From assembly GCA_964437995.1 (NCBI GenBank), contig CAYTJB010000007.1:1-30920 (forward strand): a DNA stretch of 30,920 nucleotides, given 5' to 3'. The position numbers and the translations under genes were made by a program. Origin of the DNA: an uncultured Bacteroides sp. (lineage in GTDB: Bacteria; Bacteroidota; Bacteroidia; Bacteroidales; JACABE01). The notes under the pieces were generated by a model, which did not search any database, was not told the DNA's origin, and saw only the letters and a list, made by a program, of their open reading frames with translations. Positions within the stretch are counted from its first letter, which is position 1. Each line of letters begins with the position of its first letter. Shown piece by piece: positions 27,644-30,920 of the stretch.

Positions 27644-28294
27644 ATGCAACTTAACTTTTCTGTCTTTAAAATGAGCTTACAAAAGCTTAATTTATTAATA
27701 AATAAAAATTATATTTTAAAAACATTTATCTTCCGCCTTCTCCTTTTAATGGGTAGTGGAGCTATTATTTTATTTATTTTAAGAAATAGTCCTGATTTAA
27801 AGTATAAAGTACAACATGCTCATTTTATATACGATTTTTATAAAATTATTATTTATTCAAGTTTTTATTTTCTTAAGGCAATAGGATATGACGCTTATGT
27901 ATTTTATTCTGAAACTATTTACTACTACGAAGTGTATGGCGTTGGAATAATTGGTTCAAGTTCTGTTTTTATGGGTATTTCTTGTTTGGGAATGTCGTTA
28001 ATGGGAGGCTTTGTAGCATTAATAGTTTCGTTTCCGGGTAAGTTAAAGCATAAATTATGGTTTATCCCTTGTGGGCTTATTGTTATTCAACTGCTAAACA
28101 TATTGAGAATGAGTACACTTGCAGTTTTGCTTCACGCTGGTTATGAATATACATTTAAAGATTTTTTGTTTTTGGGAATTGTAAAATTAAACCATCACGA
28201 TATTTTTAATGCTTTTATATACATCGTAATTTTTGCAATGTTTGTTTTGTATGTAAATAAATTTGGAGTAAAAAAATATTTTAAAAAAGAATAA
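27644..28294 (+). CDS. Exosortase/archaeosortase-family membrane protein (start may be 27671)
   Basis: Cys-Arg-His arrangement (GISCLG ... LNILRM ... NHHDIF) in a multi-TM protein. Subfamily not assignable by eye. Confidence 0.8.
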   Translation: MQLNFSVFKMSLQKLNLLINKNYILKTFIFRLLLLMGSGAIILFILRNSPDLKYKVQHAHFIYDFYKIIIYSSFYFLKAIGYDAYVFYSETIYYYEVYGVGIIGSSSVFMGISCLGMSLMGGFVALIVSFPGKLKHKLWFIPCGLIVIQLLNILRMSTLAVLLHAGYEYTFKDFLFLGIVKLNHHDIFNAFIYIVIFAMFVLYVNKFGVKKYFKKE

Positions 28295-28445
28295 AATAAC
28301 CGAAAATGTTTTTAACAGCCTCTATCCTAAATAGTTAATTGATTAATTTCTAATACAGTTTAGCAAACAACTATGAATTTTAATTTGACACATCGCTCTG
28401 TTGGCGGTTTTACTCATACCAAAATATATATAAAGTTAAACAAAT

Positions 28446-28554
28446 TCACTATTTTTGCACCTAATTTAGCCTTGTTGGTGCATTATTATTGATGTAACTG
28501 ACGAGGCGAAGCTGTGTAATGAACACAGTAATTTTGTTTTTAAATAACTGATAT
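28446..28554 (+). promoter_or_regulatory. Conserved polysaccharide-operon leader copy 2 (hairpin + ops/JUMPstart-like element)
   Basis: Stem TTAGCCTTGTTGG (28466-28478) / CTGACGAGGCGAA (28498-28510); GGCGAAGCTGTG (28505-28516); TAAATAACTGATAT (28541-28554). Constant 26585-bp offset from copy 1. Confidence 0.75.
28450..28457 (+). promoter_or_regulatory. Bacteroidota sigma-A -7 box (TAnnTTTG), operon 2
   Basis: TATTTTTG, positionally equivalent to 1865-1872. Confidence 0.65.
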
Positions 28555-28665
28555 TCAGATATAAAAAATTAAAAACAGATTAAATTTTTTTAATAAGCCT
28601 ATAATTATAAACGACAAGAACTTTATATTCAAAATAAATTATAAAGCCTTAAATATTAATACTAA

Positions 28666-29652
28666 ATGAATAATCATAAAGCTTTAATTACAGGTGCCGA
28701 TGGTTTTATTGGTTCGCATTTAACAGAATTATTATTAGAAAAAGGATATAAAGTAAAAGCTTTATCTCAATACAATTCATTTAATTATTGGGGATGGTTG
28801 GAAGATATTCCTGCTAACCCAAATCTGGAAGTAGTTACTGGAGATATTCGTGATCCTCACTTTGTGAAACATATTATGAAAGATTCAGACATTGTTTTTC
28901 ACTTAGCTGCTTTAATTGCCATTCCTTATTCATATCATGCTCCTGACAGCTATGTAGATACAAATATTCGAGGCACGCTCAATGTTTGCCAAGCAGCAAA
29001 AGAATTGGGAAATATTCGGCTTATACATACTTCTACTTCAGAAGTTTATGGCACTGCACTATATGTTCCTATTGATGAGAAACATCCAAAACAAGCACAG
29101 TCGCCATATTCTGCCTCCAAAATTGGAGCAGATGCTATAGCAATGAGTTTCTACAATGCTTTTGAATTACCAGTAACCATTGCCCGCCCTTTTAATACCT
29201 ACGGACCAAGACAATCAGCAAGGGCAATTATTCCGACAATTATTACTCAAATTGCCAACGGAATAAAAGAAATTAAATTAGGTGATTTAACACCTACTCG
29301 CGATTTTAACTTTGTAAAAGATACATGTAATGGTTTTTTAGCGATTGCCAGGTGCAATGAAACCATTGGCAAAGAAATTAATATTTGCTCAAATTTTGAG
29401 ATGTCAATGCAAAATACTTTTGATATAATTAAAGAAATTATGCAAAGCGATGTTACTTTTGTTACTGATAAACAACGTATTCGTCCTGAAAATTCTGAAG
29501 TATTTAGATTATGTGGGAATAATAGTCTTATTAGGGAATTAACAGGTTTTCAACCTAAATACACCATTGAAAAAGGTTTAGAAGAAACTTGTGCATGGTT
29601 TACCAAACTAGAAAATTTAAAAAAATACAAAATAGGAATTTACACTTTATAA
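28666..29652 (+). CDS. legB: NAD-dependent NDP-GlcNAc 4,6-dehydratase (LegB-like)
   Basis: LITGADGFIGSHL, QYNSFNYWGWL, HLAALIAIPYSY, HTSTSEVYGTA, QSPYSASK, RPFNTYGPRQS, RPENSEV. Confidence 0.85.
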   Translation: MNNHKALITGADGFIGSHLTELLLEKGYKVKALSQYNSFNYWGWLEDIPANPNLEVVTGDIRDPHFVKHIMKDSDIVFHLAALIAIPYSYHAPDSYVDTNIRGTLNVCQAAKELGNIRLIHTSTSEVYGTALYVPIDEKHPKQAQSPYSASKIGADAIAMSFYNAFELPVTIARPFNTYGPRQSARAIIPTIITQIANGIKEIKLGDLTPTRDFNFVKDTCNGFLAIARCNETIGKEINICSNFEMSMQNTFDIIKEIMQSDVTFVTDKQRIRPENSEVFRLCGNNSLIRELTGFQPKYTIEKGLEETCAWFTKLENLKKYKIGIYTL

Positions 29653-29653
29653 A

Positions 29654-30811
29654 ATGGAAAACCATTTTAAAGAAATTATTGAATTTATCAGGCAACTTTA
29701 CCAAAAACCCGAAGGTTTTATTCCTTTACATGCACCATTGTTCAATGGTAATGAAAAAAAATACTTAGCCGAATGTATTGATACCACTTTTGTTTCAAGT
29801 GTAGGTAAATTTGTTGATATATTTGAAATAAAAATGGCGAAATATACAGCTGCAAAAAAAGCTGTTGTATGTGTGAATGGAACAAATGCTTTGCATCTTG
29901 CATTAAAGATAGTAGGTGTAGAAAGAGAAACAGAAGTAATTACACAACCACTAACATTTATTGCAACTGCAAATGCTATAGCATATTGCGAAGCACATCC
30001 TGTTTTTTTAGATGTAGATTTAGATACTTTGGGTCTGTCGCCAAAAGCATTACTGAGCTTCCTTGAAAATCAAACTTATTTTAATAAATCAACAAATCAA
30101 CAGATTAATAAATCAACAAATCTTGCTATTTCAGCTTGTGTTCCTATGCACACATTCGGACATCCATGCAGAATTGATGAAATAATAGAGATTTGTAAAA
30201 ATTACCATATTCCTGTTGTAGAAGATGCAGCTGAAAGTTTAGGTAGTTTTTATAAAGGAAAACACACGGGAACATTTGGAAATGTTGGCATATTGAGTTT
30301 TAATGGTAATAAAATACTAACAACTGGTGGTGGTGGAATGTTGTTATTTAATGACGAAGAATTAGCTAAAAAAGCCAAACATTTAACTACACAAGCAAAG
30401 GTGCCTCATGCATGGGAATTTGTACATGACGAAATTGCATATAATTACAGAATGCCCAATTTGAATGCTGCATTAGGTGTAGCTCAGTTAGAGCAGTTAC
30501 CTATATTTCTTGAAAGCAAAAGAGAAATTGCAAAACAGTATAAAATATTTTTTCAAAAGACAGAATTTCAATTTATTTCAGAGCCTCCAAATTCATCTTC
30601 TAATTATTGGTTAAATGCAATACTCTGCAAATCTAAAGAAGAAAGAGATACATTGCTGACTTCAACAAATAAAAATGGAGTAATGACTAGACCAGCCTGG
30701 CAATTAATGAACAAATTATCTATGTTTAAAAATCGCCAAACGGATGAATTGATAAATGCAAATTATATTACAGATAGGTTAGTAAATTTACCAAGTAGTG
30801 TGAGAATATGA
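29654..30811 (+). CDS. legC: LegC-family aminotransferase (DegT/DnrJ superfamily)
   Basis: IPLHAP, VSSVGKFV, NGTNALH, VPMHTFGHP, EDAAESLGS, SFNGNKILTTGGGG, YNYRMPNLNAA, RPAW, NLPSS. Confidence 0.88.
   Translation: MENHFKEIIEFIRQLYQKPEGFIPLHAPLFNGNEKKYLAECIDTTFVSSVGKFVDIFEIKMAKYTAAKKAVVCVNGTNALHLALKIVGVERETEVITQPLTFIATANAIAYCEAHPVFLDVDLDTLGLSPKALLSFLENQTYFNKSTNQQINKSTNLAISACVPMHTFGHPCRIDEIIEICKNYHIPVVEDAAESLGSFYKGKHTGTFGNVGILSFNGNKILTTGGGGMLLFNDEELAKKAKHLTTQAKVPHAWEFVHDEIAYNYRMPNLNAALGVAQLEQLPIFLESKREIAKQYKIFFQKTEFQFISEPPNSSSNYWLNAILCKSKEERDTLLTSTNKNGVMTRPAWQLMNKLSMFKNRQTDELINANYITDRLVNLPSSVRI
30081..30122 (+). repeat. Octamer tandem array TYAAYARA x5 inside legC
   Basis: TTAATAAA TCAACAAA TCAACAGA TTAATAAA TCAACAAA TC; encodes NKSTNQQINKSTN. 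Confidence 0.85.
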
Positions 30812-30865
30812 AATATCCATGAGCGATAAATGTCACACCAACCGAGAATGATTAAGAATGCAGAC

Positions 30866-30883
30866 AACCGCTTAGCGGTTTTT
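30866..30883 (+). terminator. Possible intrinsic terminator after legC
   Basis: AACCGC-TTA-GCGGTT followed by TTT. Short stem and 3-nt loop, so weak. Confidence 0.4.
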
Positions 30884-30920
30884 AATGAAACCTGTTAATT
30901 ATAAATTCTTAAGTTTTTAA

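Noticed and set aside
243-29866. All minus-strand ORFs in the track (60-97 aa)
   Set aside because: Each lies antisense to a well-supported + strand gene or pseudogene, has no recognisable motif, and reads like shadow frames.
29869-30066. 65-aa + strand ORF nested in legC
   Set aside because: Alternative frame inside a conserved gene; no motif or independent start signal.

Overview
AT-rich bacterial DNA, most likely from an anaerobic Bacteroidota (Bacteroidales-like) organism; all credible genes are on the + strand. It opens with the 3' part of pyruvate:ferredoxin oxidoreductase (nifJ) and its terminator. A ~26 kb Wzx/Wzy-type surface-polysaccharide operon follows (2116-28294): a DUF5674 gene and a small helical-protein gene, a dTDP-3-amino-3,6-dideoxyhexose pathway (2x FdtA, FdtB, acyltransferases), wzx, wzy, glycosyl-/acetyl-/methyltransferases, fnlABC plus a WbuB-like GT, a FabH/FabG/GNAT/deacetylase module, gmd-fcl, VanZ and an exosortase-family gene. 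A second unit (legB-legC) starts at 28666. Two signals are not explained by the gene list. (1) A 109-bp leader (Bacteroidota -7 box, hairpin, ops-like GGCGAAGCTGTG) is repeated without gaps ahead of both units, yet no upxY gene is in the window. (2) Two inactivated four-helix-bundle (23S-IVS-protein family) genes sit at the fnlA/fnlB and fnlB/fnlC junctions, each bracketed by inverted 7-bp tandem arrays. The same 7-mer families, and a related 8-mer family, also occur as stop-avoiding arrays inside fdtB, fnlB and legC. All calls come from sequence reading and family recognition; no searches were run.
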